From: Eutreptiella sp. 'Long Island Sound 2002'
Lineage: Eukaryota > Protista > Euglenida
Assembly: GCA_964036045.1 (NCBI GenBank)
Contig: OZ038378.1
Location: 185,070,001-185,134,000 of the forward strand
Length of the DNA: 64,000 nucleotides
Reading direction: 5' to 3'
The position numbers were made by a program, and so were the translations under genes. Below the pieces are notes generated by a model. The model searched no databases, had not been told where the DNA came from, and saw only the letters and a list, made by a program, of their open reading frames with translations. This document shows positions 25,132 to 37,077 of this stretch, in pieces (the stretch's first letter is position 1; the number at the start of each line of letters is the position of its first letter).

Positions 25132-25356
25132 CTGTCTGTGGGCATTGATTCGCTTTAGCAAAGCGCCAGCAGGTTGTGGAACCAGCTGCATTCCCGGCTG
25201 GGTCCAAAGTCGTGAGGCATCTTTCTTGAATTGAAGTGTCACACACGCTAGGAGTGCAAGGAAGGTCAAGAGTAGCATGCTCATCGCACGGTTCTTGTGA
25301 TGCGAGGAGGTGTGTGGTTTGTTCAACGTGATGTACTCTGCATCGGTGGATCGCAT
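25132..25356 (-). CDS. METTL7-like methyltransferase exon 1: signal-peptide-like N-terminus
   Basis: MRSTDAEYITLNK..AMSMLLLTFLALLACVTLQF..LWTQP..HRQ, with phase-0 donor CAG|gtacat at 25132/25131 joining exon 2 in frame. Start codon could be 25356 or 25284. Confidence 0.6.
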
Positions 25357-26431
25357 ACATATCAATCCTCGAGAGGACATTTTGCTCAGAAAGAAATCGA
25401 CTAAGTACAACATCACAAGGAACCCCAACTTGTTTACTTTCTGCAGACCCGAATAAATGAGTCTTTTCTTGGCCAACAACCAATTGATTGGTGTTTCCGA
25501 TGGTCCGAAAATGTCGAAAAAAGGGAAGTGTCGACCCATCGCCCGCGACCGCCCACAACACCGCCCAGGACAATTTTTGCATGGGTTTTCGATTCCACAC
25601 AAAACACATCGCAACCTTGGGCCCCTTCCTCCCTCCCTCCCTCCCTCCCTACAATGGTGACGCCATGACCTAAAAAGTGGCTGTTTTCAACTGAAAAGGT
25701 GGGCTCAATGTAACCAGCACAAAAATTGAGCAAGAAACGAGGTCACACCAGGTGTTGATTTCCCCCAAAAGTGTTGAAAAGGGTCGGAAAAAGTCGCAGA
25801 TGGGTATGTTGTCATGCTCATACTCATACTCATCGGCGTAGCGACGACAAATCATGTGATGTTTGAACAATAACAACAAAAAAATGCCATTTTTTCAGGA
25901 GGGTTGGTGCAGAGTATTGTGAAAAGAAAAAAAACCGCTAAAATTGCTTACTGCCTCAGGGCCCGCTCATGTTGGAGGGGTGCACCTTGAAGAGGGCACA
26001 ATACATTACATCCTTCCACAAGAAGGCACGTAAACTCCGGCGAGCGCAGCCCCGCGGTGCCGTGACTTGACTTTGTAACAAACATTGTAGCACACCCGGG
26101 CATTAAAGTCTTTTGCTTTGGCTATGATTTTGAGATGGATGCGCTGTTGTGCAATGCAGTGAATGAAGAATGCTTTGCCCCTATCCCAGCAAAGCCCACC
26201 CAAAGGAATAACAACAGGGGGTGGAAGTTGGAAAAATAGGTGTTGCTCTATGGGTAAATGGCAGTATGGACCTATGGCAATATGGACATATGTGGATTGG
26301 GGCATCCGTGGCCGCACAATAACAACCTGTAAAGAGAGGGTTTAAGGCCAAGATCTCGCACTGCGTGCGCACTGCGTGCATATTGCGCACACAGAGGCTA
26401 GGATACTCACCCAAGAATACCTGTCACCTGT

Positions 26432-26850
26432 TTACCAGAGGGAAGACTGAAAGGTGTCAATACCATAGGGTTGGCCACGTGTCCATCGATACTTCTGGTT
26501 GTAGTTATAACCAACAGCATCGTCGAAGAAGAACTGTCCAGTCTTGGTGTCGACTCGCCACCATCGACTATCGGCGATCGAGAGCCTTCGAGCGACGATG
26601 ACCACGTTGACTTCTCTGCGGTTGTGGACGTGGCCATACCGATCGATGATCTTGAGCATCTCGGTTCGAGAATCACCTTGAAGTCGACCAAGGTTTTGGT
26701 GCACGTACTATCTGTCGGGAAGAGTACTCTGCAGGGCGAATTGGACCGCCTCTACGGATACGAGGCTCGCTGCAGTGTCGGCAATGACGACGTCGAGATC
26801 CGGGTCGTGTCGGCTGTGTACACTTTGTCGATGGGCCTCTTCTAGGGGGA
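26432..26850. other. Coding-like segment of unknown product, open on both strands
   Basis: Plus frame 26471-26845 is open. The minus frame (..DLDVVIADTAAS..DR*YVHQNLG..MLKIIDRYGHVHNRREVNVVIVARR..WWRVDTKTGQFFFDD..) has one internal stop and strong NNC/NNT codon bias. Confidence 0.4.
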
Positions 26851-27177
26851 AATGGTTGACAATTCAAATATGCCACATCCTAAATGCTTGGGAAGCCAAA
26901 AAAACCCTGGTACGGAACCAAAAACTTGTGAAAAGGGGCCAAAACTAGGGTTGGAGTATTTGCCAACATCCAAAACTTCGCACTGCGTGCGCACTGCGTG
27001 CATGGCATTCCCTAAGACAGTTCCATTGAGAGTAGCATCCTTGGCTACACCCTTGGCCGGTAGCCGTATTCTTTCACTTTGGTAGCTCATCCATCGCTTC
27101 ATCGCGTGGGCACTCAGCAGTTCAGAATCGACGTGCTGCTCGTCCTCCCCTTCCCTGTATGTTCATTGTTTGAAACA

Positions 27178-27531
27178 GAGCATAACTCGTAACTCCAAAA
27201 CCCGCGCAAGGGCACAATAAGAGTACAGCAATATGTCCATCTGTGTACCCAGCCTTTGTTGTACATTGTGCAATGCTCTACATTGCTATACTTGCAAAAC
27301 GGTTTGGAAAAGGAGCATAACTCATAACTCCAGAACCCGCACGAGGGCACAATAAGAAGAGTACAGCAATACGTCGATTGATTGTTGTACTTTGTGCATT
27401 GCTGTACATTGCTAGACTTGCAAAATGTAAATTGTCTGAATTGCCTGAAACAGGTACGTTGCTACACTTTGGGAAAAAGAGGCTGAAAAGGGACGTTGCT
27501 ACACTTTGGGAAAAAGAGGCTGAAAAGGGCA
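27178..27531. repeat. Local tandem duplications
   Basis: gagcataactc..gggcacaataag at ~27178 and ~27313; gttgctacactttgggaaaaagaggctgaaaaggg twice at ~27460 and ~27496. Confidence 0.75.
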
Positions 27532-27929
27532 CATTAGAAACATTTGGTGATAGAATTCTCCCTTGAGTAGCACCCCCCCCCCCCCCCCGCCTCAAGCCAC
27601 TGTTTTATGTTGTTATCTTTTGCCGTGCTCTCTGCAGAAGGTCTGGAACACAAAACAGAAACAGTAGCAGGGCATGCTACATGCAACAACAAGCAGGCAG
27701 CAGGCTGAATGACATCACATGGCAGGCCAATTTTCAAACTCAAGCCTCTAAAAAAAAGCATCCGCAAAGGCTTGGGTCTTTGGTCAGCTTAGATGAGATT
27801 CAGTCTGATCTGCAGGTGAACCTAGGAGTGGGGGCATCAACTCCCTCTAGCGAAAGAGAATTCACTTCCGCTTGTTTGTCCTCAGTATGTTGTGCCTTTG
27901 GAGGAATCCTGAAACTACGTGCACACTGC

Positions 27930-29780
27930 ACACTACTTTTGGTATATAGTTCCCAACAAAAGCTCAAAAAAAAAAGCCCCCTTCCAAAGTGCCTCCAAAT
28001 CTAGCCCCCAAAGTGAGGCCATCATTTGCCTCTTGATAGTGACCATCCCTTGGCCTGAGGCAGCAGACAAAAACACAAAATGGCATTCTTTTGGAGACCA
28101 CTGCTGCAAAACAAAAGAGAATTGAGCGTATGAAGCCCATGGGAAGGAATAGAGTGGGGCCAACCAACTTAATGTAGGGTTGTGGATCGGGCCAATTATC
28201 ATATGCCTCTTTTGGGAAGATCATTATGACATTGGGCCACCGGATGCAGATGAAGAATGCCAAGACGAGAAACATTACTACGATACATGTCTTTAATATC
28301 CACAAGATCCGCATTATTGTTCGGGTTGTGTCTTGAACACTCAACCTTTAATACTTTTCACGAGTGAAGCAAATACTTTAGGCTTCTTGTGGTGTCGCAG
28401 AACATCATCTTAAAATTTGTGAGGCAAAAAAATGGGGGGTTAGGGAACACACGCAGATGTAAAGGGAGCATCCTTGCACTGCGCTCGCACTACGCGCTAT
28501 TTTTAAGACCGGATTCCCCCGGAAGAGCCCCCAAGCACACCCCTTCCAAACGCCCTTAAATTAGGTTATCCAAACCCAACTCAAGGCAATTGCAAGCTAC
28601 CTTCCCTTCACAAAGGACATCTTGCGCAATGGGACCGGTTTGGCACCATTTTCAGCGATGGAGGTTGAGATGGGGCAAATTGGCATGTTATCTGATCCAT
28701 GAACGCCCTTTCCCTAATGTACATGGTACTCACACGAGCCTTAATAGCGTCCTTGTATCGAATAATGGGACTTGCCTCAATGCTTCCACTTCCCAATGAA
28801 AACTTTGGCTGCCCGATGCGTGCTTGTCGCCAAGAGACAAAATGGTTCTTTGCCACTCTGCACAGATACAAAGTAGGGCATAGAATTGAGTATGTGCCAT
28901 TGAAACCCTGCCTTCTCGGGGTCCCCATGGTGGGGAGAAATCAACCTAAAAAAGAGTGGATGTGGTGGAAATGAGCAAAAAAGTGTGAAAAAGGGTGAAA
29001 ATGGGTGAAACTGGGTGAAAATCCAAAAATGCCACATCCCCAATGTGAAAGAAGACCTACTTTCAAACAACGATGATGCCCCTAGTATCACGAAGTATGG
29101 TCTAGTTCAGCCAGACGCCCAAATAGTTGCACTGTGCTAAGTGCGCCCCCAAAGCAGACAAATAGAGCAACAAGGCAGTTGTTGGGGTACCAGATGAGTG
29201 ATTATGTGCAAAAAACAGTTGTCTTGCCGCGCAGCAAGCGCCCGACATTGTGCCACGAGGTGACAGCCGTAGCATGGCATCGCAGCGGCACGCGCACACA
29301 GACATACACCACTGCCACAGAGAATAGTGTGAAAGGACTCAAAAGTGGCAGGAAGGCCCAGATAAACCAGAACGAGCGCCGTGGCAACAGAACCATCTCG
29401 CTGGAGGTCAGTACACTTGCACAAAATGTAAGTGGTAGAGCGATGCTGATCCCACTTACCAGTTCTGACAAATAAAGTTAAATCGTAACAGGCAGTGTCT
29501 GGGCATCCATGAAGTAGAGCGGCACCATCAGCTTGGGCATGGCTCTCTGCGGCACTACACCAGACACAGCAACGCCAAAGCGACACATAATATAACAAGC
29601 GCAACCCTCCACCAAACCCCCCAGAATTGGAGGAGTCAGAGAGAGCTCAGCATCATAGGCCACAAGGATGGGAAGAGAGGGTGCTCCATCAATACAACCA
29701 GTGTCCAGTGAGTGCACCCTCCAAGCTTCATGAGGGTGCCACCCGCGCACCGCATGCACCGCGCACGCTGCGTCATTCAA
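27930..29780 (-). pseudogene. Possible decayed multi-pass membrane transporter gene (ENT/MFS-like is a guess)
   Basis: Near-continuous hydrophobic frame 29780-29200 with single stops (..VTI*LYLSELVSGISIALPLTF..AFLPLLSPFTLFSVAVVYV..WHNVGRLL) and further hydrophobic frames at 28344-27933. Confidence 0.25.
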
Positions 29781-32700
29781 GTATCCCGGGGTTTATGCCA
29801 TGCTGCACAACATAGCCCCAGGACTTGGAACGCAGTGAGGGGGTGACGTGCAGCGCACATGCGCATCAGGGTTCATGGATGCGGCCAAACGCATGTGCCC
29901 TGGTGCACCATCTGCACCGCGCGCACCGCGCAGGCGGCACCCTCCATCTCTATGGCCTGGCAATGACTGAATGCGAAGCCTGTCAGTGCTGTCAGGGGAG
30001 TGGACAGTACTGGGGAGGATGCTGTGGGATAGACATTCCACTCTCAAATGTAACATCCCCCCCTTGAATAGCCCACAACCATGTGCAATAGTGTCCCCAC
30101 CCCACAAGGCCATTGTCTTCAAGAGGAGCAGAGTAGTGGGCAACTGAAGTGCAAAGCGCCACTGCTGTGTGCCACTTGGTGATGCGGAACCTCTGGCTGC
30201 TACAATTCCCACTTCGGATGTGCAGCTCTTTTGTGTGACCTGTTTTGTGGGAGTCCGCAAGCACGTCACAAAGCGCTCCACGCATGCACCTCCTGGTATG
30301 CATATGCAGCAATGTTCGGCAGTTCGATCACCTTTCATATTGACACTACGGCTTTGCTGTTTTCCTTGCTCTTGAACCTATTTTGTCAGCACTATGTGCC
30401 TTCATGTTACTGTACAGGTAAGGCGCTCAGGGGGTAAGTCAGGTCAGGTCGTTGCACCTTGCTGCAAAGCTGATACAAAATGATCAAGTGCATCTGTTGT
30501 CCCGCTGTCCCAATAGGAAGTGGTCGGGTAATTGGGAGTGCTGGGGGGGGAGGGGGGGGAGGGGCCCAAAGATACCCACTCACATTACACTTCTTGGGGA
30601 AATAGAGATAAATTGTACATGCCTCCAAGGCAGCCTTGCCGCTGGCTTCCGCCAGGTCAGGAAGGATCTGTATGGGTCAGGCACGGGATGCAGCTGGTTC
30701 AGGGCGCAAGAGCAGCAGAGATCTGAGTGGCACATGGTATGGCGCCAGTTCTCAACCAGCTCCCTCAAGGGACCAGTGGCACACCTGATACCTATGCAGC
30801 GTCAGTGCATCACCAATCCCTCCCACAATGCATGAATCCGGGGGGTTCACCACACAGAAACCTCGTTCATTTAAATTTGACCCAATTCGCATACTGACAT
30901 GAAGAACGCAACCACGCACCGCACGCAGCCAAATTTCAAATCGTCCAACCTGAAGTTAGTCACTGGTAAAGAGAAGATACATGAACCTTCAACTGCAATA
31001 GGTGCTGAACGAACAGCAATTTGGCCATTTACTGCCAGCGATAGGTGGCTGACCACTGGCAATAGGCAATCAACCTCCGGCCCAGAGTCCTGCTCTCAAA
31101 GGGCGGTCCTTAATGGGGGGAAAAGAAGTCTCGTTGTTTAATAGTGTGCACCCTGTACCCTGGCCACATGCAGAGAGTCCAAGTCTCAAACAACATTTCG
31201 AAGAGATCTGCAGACGACAACAATGGTCACCTGATGCATTAAACTATTGTCTATTGCATAAACTAAGGTTAAAGGGCCCCCCCTGCATGAGTCAATCAGT
31301 GTGTGGCTCAAAACTCCACTTTCCCTGATTCTTTTCCCCTTTGGCGTACCCCTGCCGGCTGGGGCCTGGAGCCTGGGGGGAGGGGGAAGCTGTTGGTCTG
31401 TGGTACCACCCTGGGGTGTCTGTATCGCCACCTGGAGGGCCTAGGTCCTCACACCACCCCAGTGCTGACACCACTTGTCCCAGGTCCGATGCCCTCCTGT
31501 CCCTCCCTCCATCTCTGGCGCACTAAATTTCTTTCCCTCCCGCTCTGTCCCTCCACCCTCCCAACCCCTCTCCTTTACAGGTTATCTCTTGCTCAAGTGC
31601 ATACACTGAATGAATTGTGTGCAGGAAATCGTCTCTTGCGACATCTCGCAACGGTTGTGCACTGCGATAGAGCATCACAACCCCAACACTGCTGGAGCCT
31701 TCATGAGTACGAACCATCCATACAGAGCCCCACACACCTCTCCTGCCCTTCAAGTGACTCCCTGTGGGTCACCCTAGGCGCAGCCCATTGTTGTCCACCA
31801 CAGCTGGCCGGTTTGCTGACAGTCTGCAAACATGGGGGAGGGGAGGGAGGGGGAAGTAGGAGGAGGAACTGGCTTGAGGGGTTGGAGGTCCCCAGCTGCA
31901 ATGCCAACTAGTGGCATGGTGCCAACAGGCCGGTCATGGATCCCCCCTATCTCCCCCCTGAACAGGAGTTGTCTGCAGCCGGCCCTTGGGGGTCCTTGCA
32001 CTGTGCATGCACGGCACACACTACTTTTAAGACACAATGTCCAAGAAAGCCTCCAAGTTGACCCCCTGCCAAACATCCACCCAAATCAATCCTTGAACGA
32101 CCAAATTGTGCAGTGCAATTCCCTACCTTCACTACCTTGCCTTGCATGTTTCAGGGCCTGCTCCACCATGCATGGAAGGAGTTTGGTAGAGTATGGGAGT
32201 GATGGGCTCATCCAAGCTGATAAGGTAGACATGCATAAACACATGTATGGTAAGAAGGTGTTAAAAGACATTGTGTGTTATGCTAAAATGCACGCAGCCT
32301 CTAGAAAGGTTTGGGATGTGGCTTTGCAACCCTCCTACACCCTGTAAGCTTTGTCCCACAAGTGGTGCTCACTACAACTCATTGATATGACTACATTACT
32401 ATATAGTTGCACCATTGCACATTGCACTGCAGCGAAGGCACCCCCTCAAACACCTTTGCAATAGGCCATCCAAGCATGCCTTCATGAACAAAGCATGTCA
32501 GGGACCCCTTATGACCCAAGATTGGTTGAATGGTTGCAGACCATTCTAGGACTAGAAGACCCACAACTTGTCTAGGGTTTCGAGAAACATTGACATGTAC
32601 CAACATAGGAATATTCATTGCAATAGCGGGAACCACCTAGGCCACCATACGGGCCGTAGCTATCATGATACCACCACATAGCACTTCCCCAAGGGACGTC

Positions 32701-33929
32701 CGGTACTTGCTTTTTTCCTTAGGGGCCACACTTCAAGCTATGGTGGGATAAACCTGAATTCTTGGACCACCTTTGACAAGCGAAATCTCTTGATGTGGAT
32801 TTGATTTTGGCCAAAGCTAATCGTGAGATTTGCAGTTTGGCAACGGTTTTGAAGATTGCAAATTGCAAATGACAAGGGATTTCATCTAAGCCAGTTGTCT
32901 TTGTCTTTTGACGATGGCATCCAAGGGCACCCAATGGAGACATGCCATGCTTCTCTTGGGCAGCCCTTGCTAACCAAGGGTTGCCCGTGCCCTTGCGAAC
33001 GCACTTGTACTCATGCTTCCCCAGCACGTGGCTTTACAAAGTTGCGCGTTAAGTGGGCCAGGCCACAAGGCACCTTGCAGCAACCTCGACATTCCAAGTT
33101 GAGAACTACCGTTTGCTTTGATGAATAGTGGTTTCGGTGTGGGAGCTTGTGCATGAGCTATGTTTTGAATGTCCCTCAGAATTATTTATTGTTTTTTTGC
33201 AGCCCAATGGCCCCAACCGCTTGCCCATTTCATGTTACTGCTGTGCCGCGCACTGGCTATCATGGTACTACTCATCATGGCACCGGCAAATGAAAATGGG
33301 GTTCCAAATTATTATGACTCTAATTCATTAATTAATATGACTCTACACCCTCCGTAGCTTGGCACAAGGGGGGCGGCTTGGCGGTGAAGACCTTCACCCG
33401 GCAAGGCAACCAAACATTGTGGTTGCCCCTATGGGCAGGTGGCCACGTAGGAACGAACCCCACCCACCAATGCGCTAGGTGACGGTCACGGCTTGCGGTC
33501 CCTCTCCCTGTCCGCAAATAACGGATGTCGGCCGGGCTTTGTCAAATGATGTGCCACCTTGCACTGCCTACCCATATCTTACAGCCCAGCACAACGTGGG
33601 TCACACGACATCGAAGAGGACAACATCCGCCGCGACAACATCCAAGAGGATGCCGAAGGGGCCAGTGCCGTCAGAGGACAGCAGGAGCAAGGGGCAAGAG
33701 CCGTCACAGAGCAGCAGGAAGCAGCCCGGGGAGGCCGAGAGCGGCAGCAGCGGATATGTCAACCAGTGACACAGATTGGTCCCAGGGACCTAAATTCTGC
33801 CCCCTATAGCCCCGTCCACTGCAGCATCCATTCAATGACGTTCTTTCAACCTTCTGAACTTACCGAACTCCCGGTGGTGGAGAACAGCCAACTTTTCGCA
33901 CAGCGCGCGCACAGCGCACGGTACGCCCC

Positions 33930-34493
33930 CTGAGACAAGGGGTGGTGAGGGAGCACTGCCCCAATGCACGTTGCATATTGCCCGTAGGTGGCCAGAGGAT
34001 GGTGCGGGGCACCAAGAGGGGGGGCTGAGGCTCAGGCCGGGGTTTGCTGTACACCTGCAGCGGGCAGGGTCTGGTGGCGTTGAAGACGATGGTGCACCGA
34101 TCCCAGAGTAAAGTCTGCACGCACCCTCTTTCCTTTGCCGCGAGCTCAGTGACAGCCTTGAGCGTCGCCCTGTGGTGCTCATGGCAAGCATCAGATGTTT
34201 GAATTTTTGAGTTTTGAATTGATTGTGCATGATTCCTAGTGTTGCTCGTGTTGGCCACTTGCTTCTGCTGGCCCACCTACGCCATTCTCCATGGCCCCTT
34301 GCTAACCCCCTCCCCCCAAACACAAGGGCACCTTCCGGGGGGCTATTTGGCCTTGCCGCCCTCTGCACTGCACCAAGTCCTCCATTCCTCACACACACTC
34401 GGTGTCCTGTGCAGCCTGCTCCGCCCCGGGGCCACCTACGGGCAATATGCAACGTGCATTGGGGCAGTGCTCCCTCACCGCCCCTTGTCTCAG
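33930..34493. repeat. 64-bp inverted repeat pair (33930-33993 / 34430-34493), one mismatch
   Basis: ctgagacaagggg..gtaggtggcc versus ggccacctac..ccccttgtctcag, compared base by base. Confidence 0.92.
34055..34180 (-). pseudogene. Inverted exon of the class III cyclase-like gene
   Basis: Minus-strand EHHRATLKAVTELAAKERGCVQTLLWDRCTIVFNATRPCPLQ with phase-0 donor CAG|gtgtac at 34055/34054 matches the cyclase G.v..f.GD...fN segment. It joins in frame to the plus-strand exon at 35204. Confidence 0.75.
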
Positions 34494-35203
34494 TTTTCCT
34501 ACGCCTTGGACGCCAAGCTGCCTGCCACCGTCTGAGCTGTACTGCAGCTCAGACGTGGGGAGCTGTTCAGCGCAGGTGTACGCGACATGCGGTTGGATTG
34601 GTTGGTTGGGGGCGGTGACAGCGATGGGTCTAGCACGGATGTCAGTGACTCCAGGAGGAAGAGGCGGCGGGTGGGTAATCGACAGTAGCACTGACGGGGC
34701 CCAAAGGCCTGGCTCTGACCTGAAACCCAACCTTTAGGGGCGCCAGTGGCGCCCTCGGGAAAACACGAACAATGTGTGACGGCGCCTAACGGCGCCTTGC
34801 TGGACTAATGGACCTCTGTGCTCCGCCGCGTTGCGACACGTCGTACTGTTGAGAATGCTGGAGAGACCTGAGACGCCATCGCAAAGAGGCAGGCAATCGC
34901 AAAGAGGGGGTCCGATCGAGTCGTACGCTGCACGCAGTCGTTTCTTACTCTTGTCTTCTTTGCCCCCCCCCCCCCCCCGAACGGTCACGAAGAACAGGGC
35001 GATCCTTAATGACGCTCACAAGTCCTTTTGCATTAGAGGCCGCCCGAACCGCTCACCCAACCGCCAGGCTGGCGTTGGCGGACACCAGCAGCCGAGCCCC
35101 CCCCCCCCCCCCCCGTGCGGTGAGGGACCGACCTGACAAAGCACTTGCGCGCTGGTGGGTCATTCAGGACCGTCATGACGCACTGCCGCTGCTGCCACTG
35201 CAG

Positions 35204-35464
35204 GTCCAGCGGGCCTACCGCGTGGCCCAGCAGCTGCAGGACAGCAAAAGGTCGGTGACCTGCGGCATCGCCTCGGGCATGTCCCTTGTCGGGTCGTGCC
35301 TCCTCGACGGCGAGCCCCATCCCGTGCTGACGGGTGGGTTGGGGGATCAGGCGCATGCTCTGCAGCGCCTGTGCCAAGTCTACGGGGTCCGGTGCCTCTC
35401 GACCAGTGCCGAGGCCCGGGAGCTCGCAACGCTGTGCCAGTTGCAGTGGGTTGATGTGGCGCAG
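35204..35464 (+). CDS. Class III adenylate/guanylate cyclase-like domain exon
   Basis: Acceptor ctgcag at 35198-35203 (alternative at 35167); VQRAYRVAQQL..SVTCGIASGMSLVG..TGGLGDQAHALQRLCQVYGVRCL..QWVDVAQ resembles IGihtG..vG..GdtVN.AsRL; donor CAG|gtatga at 35464/35465. Confidence 0.8.
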
Positions 35465-35706
35465 GTATGAAGCTGGCTTGCTGCCGTGCCTTCGAGCTGA
35501 GACGTGTCTTTTGAGGGAGCGGGTGAGCGGTGATGGCGTGTTTTACTGGACAAGCTATCCCCCCCCTCCCCTTTTTTGTACAAAAAAATGTCGACCTCCA
35601 ACCGCAATCGGTTCCCCTCCAACCGCCGTCGTTTTCCCTCCCAATGCCGTCGGTTACCCTTTCCACCACCATTGATTGCCCTCCCACCGCCGTTGGTTGC
35701 CTTTCA

Positions 35707-36766
35707 AGTGCGACCTATGCAAGATTGCATGCTCTCTGCAATGTTGCAATCATTTTAAAATGAAATGCGCCCAATAATCCAACATGATGTCCTTGAATTT
35801 TGCACCCCTTTGTGCCACACAGAATTATCATGCCTCGTCAGGGCCAAAAATGTCTGAAAATTCCATACTCCAAGGTACATGACCATTTGGTGGCCAACAA
35901 AGTGGTGTGTGTCGCTCCAAGCAGCCCGCATGCCAAAAGCTTGTTCAAAACATGTGATGGTCAGAGCTTTCCCTGGTGGCGAAGTGGTCTATCCCCAGAG
36001 AGCTGCCTGCCCTTAAACGGCTTCTAATGCAGCCCTCGTGGTGTGGTTGCTGGGCGAAATGCCAGCAGTCGCACGGTGTAGCCCTGCATAATTAGAAGTT
36101 CCCCTCACTTCCCACAACCGCTGTGTTGCGGGGTTGGGTACAATCTTGGCGCCATTGATTGGATGGGGGTGGGGCGAGGGCTATGCCTTAAGGGCCGCTG
36201 CCGTCATTCGCTTGAAACAGCGCCATGCCAGGCCTGCACTGTCGGCAGGCTCCAATAGCCTCTGGAGGCACCCACGTAAAGCGCGGCAGCCCCCAGGGAA
36301 ACCCGGGGAGCGGTATGGTCCGTAAGGAGCAAGTAAACTGGTACCATTGCTCGGGGTGTGGGAAGTGAGGGAAACTTCTAATTATGCAGGGCTACACCGT
36401 GCGACTGCTGGCATTTCGCCCAGCAACCACACCACGAGGGCTGCATTAGAAGCCGTTTAAGGGCAGGTAGCTCTCTGGGGACAGACCACTTCGCCACCGG
36501 GGAAAGCTCTGACCATCACATGTTTTGAACAAGCTTTTGGCATGCGGGCTGCTTGGAGCGACACACACCACTTTGTTGGCCACCAAATGGTCATGTACCT
36601 TGGAGTATTGAATTTTCAGACATTTTTGGGCCTGACGAGGCATGATAATTCTGTGTGGCACAAAGGGGTGCAAAATTCAAGGACATCATGTTGGATTATT
36701 GGGCGCATTTCATTTTAAAATGATTGCAACATTGCAGAGAAGATGCAATCTTGCATAGGTTGCACT
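35707..36766. mobile_element. Foldback element: ~410-bp inverted arms (35707-36116 / 36357-36766) around a ~240-bp spacer, inside the cyclase intron
   Basis: Arms are reverse complements with roughly nine differences counted by eye; mirrored ORFs 35800-36027(+) and 36446-36673(-) in the ORF track. Confidence 0.92.
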
Positions 36767-37077
36767 GAAGTTGAAGCCATTGGTGAAGAAGTTGAGTGCA
36801 ACATCATTGTTTTGAGTCCCCTGGGGAGGATCCCTCCGGGTCCAACCCCCCTTCCCCCCCCTTCCAATTGTTCAACCTGATCCAAAGGTCCCGCCTGCAC
36901 CCTCCTGTGGGAACATGCATAGTCCACGTGACGGTGCACGTCACCGCAGGGGGTGGGGGGGGTGAGGATATGTTGGGGGGCCTAAGGAAGCACTTTTTCA
37001 CAATTGTTTTAGAAGTTCGTGAGCTCTTTGCCCTGCACAAGCTGCCCCCAGTGCCTTCATGCGGATTGTCTGGACAG

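Noticed and set aside
370-37077. Euglenid non-conventional (non GT-AG) introns
   Set aside because: Every intron I could define from protein continuity has GT-AG ends and matching phases; others cannot be called without cDNA.
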